A stretch of DNA of 60,827 bases from Octopus bimaculoides (GCF_001194135.2 NC_068986.1:87402539-87463365), one strand, 5' to 3'. Positions 25,807 to 40,339 are shown, numbered from the stretch's first letter. The notes: generated by a model not told the origin, from the letters alone. Numbers and translations: made by a program.

Positions 25807-26441
25807 CAGCCTTGCACTCACAAGGTAGAATGAGGTACATAGTAATAAAGAGTTTGACATAAGAGATTATGAAGGAGAAACTGAAAGGCGAAATAAGTTT
25901 TAACTTATGAAAAAATGCCCAGAATATTACCCAAAATGGTACCAAAGATAACAACACTAAAAACTTCAAATTATGTTATGAAATGAAACACGCATAAAGA
26001 AATGATCACGCGCATTCAGTTAGTCACGAAGATGTGTGTGTACATATATATATGTATACACACATATGAATATACAGACATGCATATGTCTGTCTTGTGT
26101 GTATGTAATTATAGAAATGGTGTTAGGGATATATAGATTCAACAGATCAGATGCTAAATGTGATAATCCATTATTTTAAACGAATGAAAGATTACACTAT
26201 AAAAGATTTCAGTTGAATGAAACTTAGGACGTGTGGATGTGTAATGCATATTCATCATATACACACATTTATACGTGTGTTTGTGCGTGCGTTTGTACGT
26301 GTGGAACAGACCCTTTTGCTTTTTACAAACTTCTGGGTACGTATATATATGTAGAGATATATGAATGAATAGATAAGATTGATATAGATATAAATATGTA
26401 CGTTCGTATGTGCGCGCGCGTTTAGATGCGTGTGTGTGAGC

Positions 26442-26494
<53 letters not shown>

Positions 26495-26633
26495 ATAGAA
26501 AGAGGAAGTGAGAGAGAGATCAAGTTTTTGAGCTTCACTTTTCAATACTTGCATGAGTCTAACGGAATAATTTTATTCTAAATACATTTTGTATATTGGC
26601 TCATATTTACTAAGATATGAATCTATGTGCATT

Positions 26634-26639
<6 letters not shown>

Positions 26640-26727
<88 letters not shown>
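26640..26727. repeat. (AC)n microsatellite
   Basis: Visible directly in the sequence. Confidence 0.95.
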
Positions 26728-26730
<3 letters not shown>

Positions 26731-27299
26731 TTACACAACTATGTTGAGATTTAGCACTGCAACTCATAAAAGATCTACTGTTGGTTTATATCTTAATGTA
26801 ACGAACTCGTGACAATATCTAAGAATTTCGCTCTCTTTTCACCTCACTACAAGCCATGAACTGTTAGCTCTTAGCTCTTCGAATCTTATAAAAGTTCTTT
26901 GATTTCACACGGCCTTGCAATGCTCTTTACAGCTGTGAAGTCATATTGTTCGTCTGGTTATTATTCAACATAACTGATCTGATAAAGTTATTCATTTGTT
27001 TAGCATGGACAAATCACTACACCGGTGAGATGTGGTCCGTTGTCTACATCTGTTTATTCTTCGTCAGTAGCCTTATATTATTTTTTATTATTGTAATGGA
27101 AAGCACTCATGATATTTTTAGGGTTTTTAAATATGGTAGTAAGAAGGCGTATTATATAATTCTAAAGATTGTAACAGAATAAATTCCAGGCAAGTAAGTG
27201 CCTGATGGCCTAGTTAAAGTGTACGACGGATTACGTCCTCCAAGAGAAGATAGATTTCCAATGACAGGATTCCCGTGTCTCCTTCTACTACTTTCCAGG

Positions 27300-27435
27300 A
27301 GGCGAATTAATAGAGTCGTTACAACTTCGGTATTCCGACATTCTACGCGCTGAGTTTGAATCCGATCGAGACAAAATTTGCTTCTCATTCTGCAGAGGTT
27401 TTTAAGAGAAATACCAGTCCAGTGTGCAGGATAGT
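27300..27435 (+). mobile_element. Old degenerate SINE family A copy
   Basis: cggtattccgacattctacgcgctgagtttgaatccgatcgagacaaaatttgcttctcattc resembles the family A core. Confidence 0.45.
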
Positions 27436-28724
27436 TGGAGAGCATTTAAAACATCGGACCGAGTAGTGGACTTAATACATCAGCCGATTTAACACCACGA
27501 CCTTATGCCACTGGAGTCCTTAATGAAGTTCTCGCTTTTGTAAGCATTCAGGGCCAATTTTCCTGTTTGAAGACATTTTCCTACCACAAGATTTAGATGC
27601 TCTGTAAAAGGTTATGTGCATTAATTCCTCTCCCAATTAAAAGATAAAAAGATGCAACTCTATACCCTAGTCTTGGTCGAAGCGTTAGATAAACCCACTT
27701 GTCCAAAATACTGTGTTATGAGAAGCAACGTGAAGTTAGGAAAGTAAACGTTTTAACTACACAGCCACGTTTACACTTCATTTAATTGTTATAAAATTAC
27801 TATACAGTCGCATTGCAAACTCGACTGAATCTCCGCCAATTCCAAGGTCCTTTACTATAATCGGTATAGAATTGCAACTTTTTGAAATGCACTTCTCGAC
27901 TACAGCTTTCCTTTAAGACAGTAAATTTCAAATGTCCGAAACAAATGTTGACTGCATCGATGTTTTGTATCAGCCATTGGCCACATCAACCTCAGAGGCC
28001 TGAGGGCGAATTTTTGCAATTGATCAATCATTTTCACCTTTCTCCAAGATTTGAAACGGCATAGATGCTTCCTTCCGCCTGATTTTTTAAAAGATAATTT
28101 TCAAAATAAAAATATTTTGATATTTCTTCACTAGTCTCTTGTATAAGACATAGATAATATTATTACATTTTTTTTTCTAGTTTATACAAAATACAAATAC
28201 GCCCATTACACTATTTTGAGACGTTGCAAACGAAGTGTCGAGGTACTTACCCTATATATATATATCAATGGTACAAAAATGTTCATTTCACTCATCACTT
28301 GAGCGAAATTCAGAGTCAACTCGACCTTTCTGGGAATACTAGTACCAATTTTTTAAATCAAAAATAGATTTCAAGTCTATAGCCAAGCATCAGTGGAAAC
28401 AATAATTCTTGCACACATTTTAATCAGATTCAAGAATCAGAAATAGAGACGTGCAGACAGACAAACACACACATACACACACACTCACACGGAGTTACTA
28501 ATAAAACAAACATAAAACAATTAAAATGGAGGAGAGTTGTTGAAACTAGTCCCAGTTTTGGATGACAAAAGTACAATTTCTGTAGACAGGGGTAAAAATA
28601 AGTGGGGTCCATCACATTTACATAGGGTCAAATGATACAACCCAGCAAATGTCAGAATTAATTTCACCCACTCCCCACTGTCTGCCGTAATATATGTGCA
28701 TTTATATATACAACTATACATACT

Positions 28725-28761
<37 letters not shown>

Positions 28762-29603
28762 GTATATACACGTACACATACACACATAGAGAGAGAGATA
28801 GAGACGTTTGCGCGCGTATGTGTATATATATAATATATATAGGATAGATAGATACATACATACATACGTATATGTGTATAATACAAAAATTTATATATGT
28901 ATACACACACGCATATAAATAGAAATGTGTGTGTTTGTATTGTGTGTATGTATATATATATATATATATNNNNNNNNNNNNNNNNNNNNNNNNNNNNNNN
29001 NNNNNNNNNNNNNNNNNNNNNNNNNNNNNNNNNNNNNNNNNNNNNNNNNNNNNNNNNNNNNNNNNNNNNNNNNNNNNNNNNNNNNNNNNNNNNNNNNNNN
29101 NNNNNNNNNNNNNNNNNNNNNNNNNNNNNNNNNNNNNNNNNNNNNNNNNNNNNNNNNNNNNNNNNNNNNNNNNNNNNNNNNNNNNNNNNNNNNNNNNNNN
29201 NNNNNNNNNNNNNNNNNNNNNNNNNNNNNNNNNNNNNNNNNNNNNNNNNNNNNNNNNNNNNNNNNNNNNNNNNNNNNNNNNNNNNNNNNNNNNNNNNNNN
29301 NNNNNNNNNNNNNNNNNNNNNNNNNNNNNNNNNNNNNNNNNNNNNNNNNNNNNNNNNNNNNNNNNNNNNNNNNNNNNNNNNNNNNNNNNNNNNNNNNNNN
29401 NNNNNNNNNNNNNNNNNNNNNNNNNNNNNNNNNNNNNNNNNNNNNNNNNNNNNNNNNNNNNNNNNNNNNNNNNNNNNNNNNNNNNNNNNNNNNNNNNNNN
29501 NNNNNNNNNNNNNNNNNNNNNNNNNNNNNNNNNNNNNNNNNNNNNNNNNNNNNNNNNNNNNNNNNNNNNNNNNNNNNNNNNNNNNNNNNNNNNNNNNNNN
29601 NNN

Positions 29604-29642
<39 letters not shown>

Positions 29643-30112
29643 ATGTATATGTATTTCCGATCCACATTGTTTACTTCCTTTTGTAGCGCACTTTTTAGTT
29701 TTGCAGTGCGAAAACTATAACTTAGTGAGAGGTCAGGCATTCAAAATAATGGAAGAGCAAATTTTGAATGAAATCTGAAGGTGAAGGGCTTCAATCAATG
29801 AACATTGTAACACTTTGCTGTGAAGAACTTTTTAAGATTGTTTAAAATAAAGACATATGGCACCTGTTGGCGGAATGTATATTTACATAGAGCTTAATGC
29901 CCAACTATAAGCACATACATAGAAACACATCTCTAAAATTATTTCTATTAACATTAAGACACGTCACATACAGACATATACACAGGCATATGTATATATA
30001 TATATATATATATAGATGTGTGTGTGTGTGTGTGTGTGCATATATATATTTATATTTATAAACATATATGCACATTTACATATGGTTTTCTCACTTGTCA
30101 TATATACATATG

Positions 30113-30212
<100 letters not shown>

Positions 30213-30349
30213 AGCACATACATTGCTCTATTGCTCTACTACGTTAAAAGTTGTTATTGACCTTCGTATATTGCCATCCACTTTCAAACTATCTCTTTAC
30301 CCACACACACATATACAGGGAAGTTCACTTACATACTAGAAGTGTGTGT

Positions 30350-30453
<104 letters not shown>

Positions 30454-30763
30454 GTGTACAAGCGAGTGTTGTCTATATTAAGTAACATTTTACATGGCTA
30501 TTCACCTCTCGGCAACCCCAGACTTCAAAATGAACTACAACGCAGAAAAATAAATAGGAACGTGAATAAAGAAATACAACAGCAGAAGCAGCAGAGGCAA
30601 CGGCAGCAACAACAACAGCAGCAGCAACAGTATCGGTAAAAGCAAAAGCACAGCAGCAGATCAACAGCAGCAAAGTAGATTAGCAAAGCTGAAAATAATT
30701 TATTCAATTGTTGAAAGGGTTTAAAGAGTGAGAACAAAGCGAAGTAACTGATTCTATAAAAAG

Positions 30764-30950
30764 CACAAGGCCTAAAATTTGGGATAGTGAGCTAGTTTAA
30801 ATCGACCACTGAACTTTACTTTATAGCTCCCAGTGAGATAAAAGCCAAAGATGGCCTCGGCAGGAATCGAACTCAGAACGTAAAGAAGGAGCTAATATAT
30901 GTATTACATGACATTTTCTTCAAAGCTCATATAATTTCGCCCGTCCACTG
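30764..30950 (-). mobile_element. SINE family A, diverged copy
   Basis: cacaaggcctaaaattt...cctcggcaggaatcgaactcagaacgtaa. Confidence 0.65.
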
Positions 30951-31318
30951 TTTTTAAGGATTAAGCCAATGTTCTCATCCAGATTTTAAAATCAGACTAA
31001 AGAAAAGCATACTCTCCGTGACCATCCTGTCTTTTTTTCCAGATTTAATATCCTTTACGGCTAAATTATCCAGTTTGTCGTATATTTTTCTCAGAGGTTA
31101 GAGCCCAATATACTGGGACATTTCACGTGGCTGTTATTTTAGTATATTGGGTAGCTATGCAGATGCTTCCTTGAGCCCTTTCTTCTTTAGTCAGTGTATT
31201 TGAGTTGTGGCCAATGAGCACGGGTATACGCAGGTGTGGGTGTGGAGGCTTTTCTATATCTCAATGTAACGATTGTGTCTGTAAGTTGTGTGTAATGTAT
31301 GTGAATGCGAATGGAATC

Positions 31319-31353
<35 letters not shown>

Positions 31354-31615
31354 AAGTAAATGTGATAAAAAAAAAAACAAGGCAAAGCACACGTATATAT
31401 GTGTAAATGTATACATACATTTCTCTCTCTTTCTCACTTCTCATATATATATGTGTGTGTATAGACATTAATATATACATATATATATATATATAATACC
31501 TCGTTCAGAGATTTAACGTTGCTATATATATATATATATATATATAATATACATACACACGCACGCACACACACACTCACACACACACACGCAAAAAGAG
31601 TGGAGAGGAAGAGGG

Positions 31616-31650
<35 letters not shown>

Positions 31651-32269
31651 AATCATGTTTAAAATTTCTTATCTATTTACTTAAATTGTCGGCAAGTTGA
31701 AAGAGAGTTTTCGCCAGGTGAAATACAACCCAGATGGTAATGAAATATACGTAGAAAACAGATGCTCCTCCTTNNNNNNNNNNNNNNNNNNNNNNNNNNN
31801 NNNNNNNNNNNNNNNNNNNNNNNNNNNNNNNNNNNNNNNNNNNNNNNNNNNNNNNNNNNNNNNNNNNNNNNNNNNNNNNNNNNNNNNNNNNNNNNNNNNN
31901 NNNNNNNNNNNNNNNNNNNNNNNNNNNNNNNNNNNNNNNNNNNNNNNNNNNNNNNNNNNNNNNNNNNNNNNNNNNNNNNNNNNNNNNNNNNNNNNNNNNN
32001 NNNNNNNNNNNNNNNNNNNNNNNNNNNNNNNNNNNNNNNNNNNNNNNNNNNNNNNNNNNNNNNNNNNNNNNNNNNNNNNNNNNNNNATATACAATCTTGA
32101 AGGCTAACTGGTCTCTATCAATTCAATTGTTATCTAAAACCATAAATATAGACTGGATGAGTTAAATTCAGCTTGAGTTGATTCGATCAAGTTTGCAGTC
32201 TGGTTAAAAACAAACTGGTAGCTTTGTGAAAATGTACGCTAGATTATCTTATGTACGCACACACTCACA

Positions 32270-32307
<38 letters not shown>

Positions 32308-32736
32308 CGAGCGCGCACGCACACATTTCGTGTTATAACTTAGAAGTGGTGCATGATATCAGAATTTTCGACTCGAGTCGAATAGAATAAATTACTCTAA
32401 ATCCATGTTTCTTTAATTTATATGCGGTTTAACCCCAAGTTGTCACTGGACGTACAGTACAGATCAATGATTAAAGACGTTCCAAACATGATCAGCCCAT
32501 CTTATTTTAAGACGTAATCTATTTCACTAGATCTCATTGAAGCTAATTGGCTTTGCGTAGCAGAAGAAATTGACCACGTACGATGACAGAACTATATATA
32601 AAGAAAGGGATACACGTCACTATGTTAAACTGACTGAAACAGCAGTGTTAGAATAAGACCAACTACTCGAGCTCTACGGAAAGTATTTTGCAATCTTTGC
32701 GGTGAGGGCTGTTATAGCACCTTCGGGCCTCTGTTG

Positions 32737-32949
32737 GCACTCCGTCGCTTACGACGTCGAGGGTTCGAGTTGATCCGATCAACGGAACAGTCTGCTCGTG
32801 AAATTAACGTGCAAGTGGATGAGCACTCCACAGACACGTGTACCCTTAACGTAGTTCTCGGGGATATTCAGCGTGACACAGTGTGACAAGGCTGACCCTT
32901 TGAATTACAGGCACAACAGAAACAGGAAATAAGAGTGAGAGAAAGTTGT
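32737..32949 (-). mobile_element. SINE (head type 2 linker + body Y), 3' two-thirds; the head lies in the adjacent gap
   Basis: The minus strand starts acaactttctctcactcttatttcc, the same linker as 53021-53040, then body Y (ccttgtcacactgtgtcacgctgaatatccccgagaactacgttaagggtacacgtg...). Confidence 0.8.
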
Positions 32950-33850
32950 NNNNNNNNNNNNNNNNNNNNNNNNNNNNNNNNNNNNNNNNNNNNNNNNNNN
33001 NNNNNNNNNNNNNNNNNNNNNNNNNNNNNNNNNNNNNNNNNNNNNNNNNNNNNNNNNNNNNNNNNNNNNNNNNNNNNNNNNNNNNNNNNNNNNNNNNNNN
33101 NNNNNNNNNNNNNNNNNNNNNNNNNNNNNNNNNNNNNNNNNNNNNNNNNNNNNNNNNNNNNNNNNNNNNNNNNNNNNNNNNNNNNNNNNNNNNNNNNNNN
33201 NNNNNNNNNNNNNNNNNNNNNNNNNNNNNNNNNNNNNNNNNNNNNNNNNNNNNNNNNNNNNNNNNNNNNNNNNNNNNNNNNNNNNNNNNNNNNNNNNNNN
33301 NNNNNNNNNNNNNNNNNNNNNNNNNNNNNNNNNNNNNNNNNNNNNNNNNNNNNNNNNNNNNNNNNNNNNNNNNNNNNNNNNNNNNNNNNNNNNNNNNNNN
33401 NNNNNNNNNNNNNNNNNNNNNNNNNNNNNNNNNNNNNNNNNNNNNNNNNNNNNNNNNNNNNNNNNNNNNNNNNNNNNNNNNNNNNNNNNNNNNNNNNNNN
33501 NNNNNNNNNNNNNNNNNNNNNNNNNNNNNNNNNNNNNNNNNNNNNNNNNNNNNNNNNNNNNNNNNNNNNNNNNNNNNNNNNNNNNNNNNNNNNNNNNNNN
33601 NNNNNNNNNNNNNNNNNNNNNNNNNNNNNNNNNNNNNNNNNNNNNNNNNNNNNNNNNNNNNNNNNNNNNNNNNNNNNNNNNNNNNNNNNNNNNNNNNNNN
33701 NNNNNNNNNNNNNNNNNNNNNNNNNNNNNNNNNNNNNNNNNGGGAGGGAGGGGAGCAAAGGAGTGAGAACGTGTGAGTATGTGTGAGTGAGTGAGTGAGT
33801 GAATGAATGAGTGGGAGAAAGAAAGAGAGAGAAAGAAGAGAAAGAGGATA

Positions 33851-33995
33851 GGGGAGACCCGTTCAGTACAGGACTCGTAAATCTATTTATCGAAACGAAA
33901 GAAATGAGCGTCAACGTTGATCTTGATGGGATTTGAACTCTGAAAAGAGTCATAACGAATACAGCACGGTAAGCTATCGCACGCTTTCACGACTT
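33851..33995 (-). mobile_element. Degenerate SINE family A copy
   Basis: tatttatcgaaacgaaagaaatgagcgtcaacgttgatcttgatgggatttgaactc. Confidence 0.5.
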
Positions 33996-35045
33996 GGTCG
34001 GTTTACAACTTCAGTCAATTATTTGACAACACTAACCTTTCCACCAACGTTATTGCTCATAACTCCTTTGTTAACTGTTGGTCATTCCTGGACTGATTTA
34101 ATCCAGTTTGGACTATCTCATTCCGATGGATCTGGATTAGGATTAATTTATGAGAATACGAGATTAAACAGTGTTAAACAAATAGAAAGAAAAGAAACAA
34201 ATGCATGTCAGAATAACCTGTCGAATGTCGGTCTTATCTCTCGTTTGATGGTTCCAGCCGGAGCAAAGTGGACATACGTGTTACCTATCTGAATACAATC
34301 ACATTCCTCTTAACCTATCATCATTAATTAGTGATTAATTAGCATCACCATCATAACCACCACCATCGCTAACATAATCATCATCATCATTATCATCGTA
34401 ATTAACAACAATAACAATGATGACGACAGTAACGGCGGTAAATTAATACATTGACGTATACTAGGCAACATGAATAATAATAATAAAAAAAAACTAAAAA
34501 AAAATAATAAAATAGTTGTCTTGTGGAGGAGGAAGATAGCGGGTGGGGGGGAGAAAAGAAAGAAAACCGCGAGAAAAAGATACAAAGAAAATAAATAAAA
34601 CAAGATTTAAAACTCACAAACCAACTAATTAAGTCAGTGAGTAATTAACTGACTAACTAATGGAACGTGTAATTAAGTAATGACGTATAGAGAAACAGTA
34701 TAAGCTACATATACATACACATTGGTAAGAACACGTGAAGACATGTCTGAATTAGTGTGGTAGGTATAATAACAGTCATTTATATAGGTACAAGGTGGCT
34801 GCTGTACAGGTGGGTGGTGGGTAAAATAGTGATTCTATAACATTCATGCCTTTCCCAAAGCCCTTAACGCCCTTTATGACCCAAATCTTTCATAGAGGCC
34901 ACCACAAATAGCATTTTTTTTTTTACAATCTAGTGTCCACATACGTTGGTCTAGGCACAATAAAAGAATCCTTTAGGCAGAGGATAATAAAGAAATTATA
35001 AAGTAAGACGTTTCCAAATTTCAGTAATCGAAATGAAATAAATTG

Positions 35046-35077
<32 letters not shown>

Positions 35078-35579
35078 GNNNNNNNNNNNNNNNNNNNNNN
35101 NNNNNNNNNNNNNNNNNNNNNNNNNNNNNNNNNNNNNNNNNNNNNNNNNNNNNNNNNNNNNNNNNNNNNNNNNNNNNNNNNNNNNNNNNNNNNNNNNNNN
35201 NNNNNNNNNNNNNNNNNNNNNNATATATATATATATATATAAATGGATCGATATCAACTGGTGATTAGATTTCTTGATACACAATATATGCATGTCAAGT
35301 GAGAAATAGTTTTTACTATTATATCAACCACCAGTATCAATTTTAATTCTTAAGAGAGTAAGTAAAATTCAACGACTGAGACTGGACATGGGCCAGGAAC
35401 TTCGTTTCCAGGAACGGTTACAGATGATACGGTACCCGTCACATGTTGTACCAAACACCATTTTTCAACAAGTTAGAACTTAATATCTATGACTAGTTTG
35501 GGAGAAATGTATTTAATACATACATATATAACTGTATAATAATATATTTGGATTTACTTACGAATATCCTTTTCTTCTC

Positions 35580-35782
35580 TACGCACAAGGCCCGAATTTG
35601 GCGGGAGGTGGAGCAGTCGCTTAGATCGACCCCGGTACGCAACTGGTACTTAATTTATCGACCCCAAAAGGATAGAAGTCAAAGTCGACCTCGGCGTAAT
35701 TTGAAATCAGAACATGAAGATAGATGAAATACCGCTAAGCATTTCACCCGACGCGCTAACGTTTCTGTCAGCTCGCCGCCTT
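35580..35782 (-). mobile_element. SINE family A, full length
   Basis: gatcgaccccggtacgcaactggtacttaatttatcgacccc...aaagtcgacctcggcgtaatttgaaatcagaac...aaataccgctaagcatttc...gctaacgtttctgtcagctcgccgcct. Confidence 0.9.
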
Positions 35783-35813
35783 GGTTTGCTTACAAACATT
35801 GTATGTAGTTATA

Positions 35814-36172
35814 CATACATACTCTTTTACTCTTTTACTTGTTTTAGTCATTTGACTGCGGCCATACTGGAGCACCAAATTTAGTCGAATAAATCGACCC
35901 CAGGACTTAATTCTATCGTTCTCTTTTTGCCAAGCCGTTAAGTGAAGGGGACATCGATGGTGGTGGTGGGAAAACACTGACACAAACAACAAACGCATAC
36001 ATATATACGACGGGCTTCTTCCAGTTTCCGTCTACCAAATCTACTCACAAAGCTTTGGTCGGCGCGAGGCTTTAGTAGAAGACACTTGCCCAAGGTGCCC
36101 ACAGTGGGACTGAACCCGGAACCATGTGGTTGGGAAGCAAGCTTCTTACCACACACCCACTCCTGCGCCTAT
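35814..36172 (-). mobile_element. SINE family B, near full length, with a 22-bp target-site duplication
   Basis: The minus-strand head is aggcgcaggagtgggtgtgtggtaag, with B-box gggttcagtcc and CORE-like caccttgggcaagtgtctt. The direct repeats are 35792-35813 and 36173-36194 (20/22 match). Confidence 0.9.
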
Positions 36173-36521
36173 ACAAATATTATATGTAGTTATAATGAAA
36201 GCAATATATATATATATTGCTTTAATTTTGCTACTAAGTTTAGTGAGAAACGGTGTGTAGTCCCTTCTCCAAAGGGAGACAAATCTTTGAGAAATGCAAT
36301 ATGACCAAAGTACCAAACACAATTCATACGATTTTTTCAAATTTCAAGTAGAATATGTACATTTACTAATTGCTGCTCTATGTATTGAGAAAATTTTCCT
36401 ACTGGTGGATATCGTTTCAATAGTGCAGATCCTAGCACTGTGGGATTCTTCGATAGACTTCAGTATGGAGATCGTCCTGTATCAGGAATACTGCATCATC
36501 TTCTTTGCATTTGTGTGCCAT

Positions 36522-36600
<79 letters not shown>

Positions 36601-37327
36601 GTGTGTGTGTGTGTGTGTGTGTGTAGATTTTATATTTTCTTTACTTCATTCGGTATTCTGGGTAAACCGCCATGATTTTGTGTGCTTTTGCAACGGTCGC
36701 TACAACATTCACACTGGCGGCAAATAAAAAAAATCATCATCGTCATCATCGTCATCATCATCATCACCACCACCACCACCACCACCATCAGTATCATCAT
36801 TTACATGATATATTTGAGAGTTGACGATAAAACAAAGCAGTTGTCTATCCAGGATAAGAACACATAAACGACAAACTTATCTGGTGTACTAGCTATATAC
36901 AGCAAACTCCGAGTATAAACACACTAATATCTTAATATCAAGTATTCCCTACGTTTATTGTTTCGAGTGCACGTTTATCCATGTACTGATACACGCACAC
37001 ACAGACATACACACGCACACACACACACAAACACAAACACATGTATGTGTGTGTGCATATACATCGAGAGAGAGATAGAAGTACATATCCATATATACAT
37101 ACTTGGACACGATAATACATATACAAAGTAAGAGAGAGGGACACACAGAGACCCATATGCATATATATCCATATATATATATAAAAAATATCTGCATGTA
37201 TTTCTAAGTTCGTACTCACACATATATGCTTATGTACCTGAGTGTGTGTGGTGTGTGTGTGTGTGTCCATGAGAAAATATATGATTGTGCGCATGTTTAT
37301 ACACACACACAAACACACACACACACG

Positions 37328-37379
<52 letters not shown>

Positions 37380-37478
37380 AACACACATTTACATATATGC
37401 TGTTATGTACATAACTACATACTTTTTATCTGAGTCTATATATGAGTATGCATATACCTATATGCACACTCATATAAG

Positions 37479-37512
<34 letters not shown>

Positions 37513-37961
37513 CTCTATGAGGGTGTTCACGTCTTTTAGAGATAAAAAGTAATAACCTTAATAGAAAATTAGCTATATTGTAATCATTTCTACAATGGCC
37601 GACACAAAACCGACCTTTTCACTTGAAGAAATGTTTGCCCAGCTGAGTTGCTTGAAAAACAGCTTTTGTAAAGCCTGAACCCCCCGCTTCTCACGCCCCT
37701 TCGGTCTTTCTTATTCTCTGTTCTCTTCTACTCCTTCTCCACCCTATCTATATTGTTTCTCTTTCTTTTTTTTTTTTCTATTTTCCTCCATTAAGATATG
37801 TTTTTATAGTCTTTGCTATATAATCTCTATCTACACCTCCGCATGTATGCTTGCATGGATATACACACAAACGTCTGTTNNNNNNNNNNNNNNNNNNNNN
37901 NNNNNNNNNNNNNNNNNNNNNNNNNNNNNNNNNNNNNNNNNNNNNNNNNNNNNNNNNNNNN

Positions 37962-38037
<76 letters not shown>

Positions 38038-38391
38038 GACACATAGAGAAGCATGTATTTATTCATACACACACATATAAGCAAAATCATGCAGACATAT
38101 ATATATATATATATATATCACATATATATCATATAACAGCATGTATACATGTATATGAACGGCAGTGTGGATAGGCTGAGTGTAGTCTCTGAAGTAATTG
38201 CATGTGAGGGGTGTGCGCGCGTGTGTGTGGCTTTGTGTACGTTGTGGGGAGGCGTGTATACCTTTATATATTTTTGTATAAAAATCGAATCTCTATATTT
38301 TCTTTATTTTCCCTCCTTCTCCCCTTCCACATATCACTCCATTACAACCTCCAAGGTTCAGCTCACGTGTACTTCCCGTCATCATCATCAC

Positions 38392-38433
<42 letters not shown>

Positions 38434-40138
38434 CATCATCATCATCATCATTATTATTATTATTATTATTGTAAGCGGTAGCAAAAAAACATTAGATATA
38501 TAGGATAAAAAGGCATTTTGGAAACAAATTTATTCCTGTAGTTTCCCCAGCAGGGGTAAAACTATTATTGAATATACAAACTACACTCACACGCACGCGT
38601 TTGTACAGGTACATACATACACAATGTATATTTACATGCACGTATATTATATGTTCATATGAAAATAAATATGCTCATATATGCATNNNNNNNNNNNNNN
38701 NNNNNNNNNNNNNNNNNNNNNNNNNNNNNNNNNNNNNNNNNNNNNNNNNNNNNNNNNNNNNNNNNNNNNNNNNNNNNNNNNNNNNNNNNNNNNNNNNNNN
38801 NNNNNNNNNNNNNNNNNNNNNNNNNNNNNNNNNNNNNNNNNNNNNNNNNNNNNNNNNNNNNNNNNNNNNNNNNNNNNNNNNNNNNNNNNNNNNNNNNNNN
38901 NNNNNNNNNNNNNNNNNNNNNNNNNNNNNNNNNNNNNNNNNNNNNNNNNNNNNNNNNNNNNNNNNNNNNNNNNNNNNNNNNNNNNNNNNNNNNNNNNNNN
39001 NNNNNNNNNNNNNNNNNNNNNNNNNNNNNNNNNNNNNNNNNNNNNNNNNNNNNNNNNNNNNNNNNNNNNNNNNNNNNNNNNNNNNNNNNNNNNNNNNNNN
39101 NNNNNNNNNNNNNNNNNNNNNNNNNNNNNNNNNNNNNNNNNNNNNNNNNNNNNNNNNNNNNNNNNNNNNNNNNNNNNNNNNNNNNNNNNNNNNNNNNNNN
39201 NNNNNNNNNNNNNNNNNNNNNNNNNNNNNNNNNNNNNNNNNNNNNNNNNNNNNNNNNNNNNNNNNNNNNNNNNNNNNNNNNNNNNNNNNNNNNNNNNNNN
39301 NNNNNNNNNNNNNNNNNNNNNNNNNNNNNNNNNNNNNNNNNNNNNNNNNNNNNNNNNNNNNNNNNNNNNNNNNNNNNNNNNNNNNNNNNNNNNNNNNNNN
39401 NNNNNNNNNNNNNNNNNNNNNNNNNNNNNNNNNNNNNNNNNNNNNNNNNNNNNNNNNNNNNNNNNNNNNNNNNNNNNNNNNNNNNNNNNNNNNNNNNNNN
39501 NNNNNNNNNNNNNNNNNNNNNNNNNNNNNNNATATATACCCCCAAAAATCATGTCTGTGAATGCATCTGTGTATGTTCACACTCACACACACAAATATAT
39601 ATACCCATCAATATCAGTATTTTCTTCTCTTTAATTATCTTCCGTGTACACAACAGACTCGGTATGCATAAACATGAATGTAGAAGTCTGAGAATATACA
39701 GACACACTGTGGGAGGTAGAGGGACGGACACAGAAGTTCAACTATATATTTATTTATATACTGACCGAGTGTGTATAGATTGCATAGACATATACTCACA
39801 CACATACAAGCACAAATGTTATATATATATATATATATATATAAACAAATATATATATATATAACAAATGGTGAAGGATAATTAATCAGAGTAAAATACC
39901 TAAGTTCTCTTTTGGCTCGCCAGACTAAAAATATTTCTTAGATTTGAGAATTCCAGGTAATCCTGTGGTAGGTTCCAAAGATAAGGATCATCACGATTCT
40001 ACTTTGTAAATCTGTGGATGGGCTACGGTAGTGTACTTAGAATAACTGAAAACAGCTGTAAGCCATATTTGATCCAGTAAATGAAAAATATGTAATGGTC
40101 ACTATTCTTTACTCGTTTCTTTTACACACACACATGCA

Positions 40139-40186
<48 letters not shown>

Positions 40187-40339
40187 ACTTGGGGATGGTC
40201 ATATTGCCAGTTTAGCCAATAAAAACATACGCACTGTATATTTGGCGTTAATTTGCTTCAGCTTTATATTACATTAATCCTATTTCGGCCATATATATAT
40301 ATAACTGAGTGAACAAGTATATTTATTTGAAAATTTCAG

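Noticed and set aside
35365-35470. Tetraspanin-like TVPVTCC peptide
   Set aside because: There is no usable splice acceptor or donor, and the motif is too short to exceed chance.
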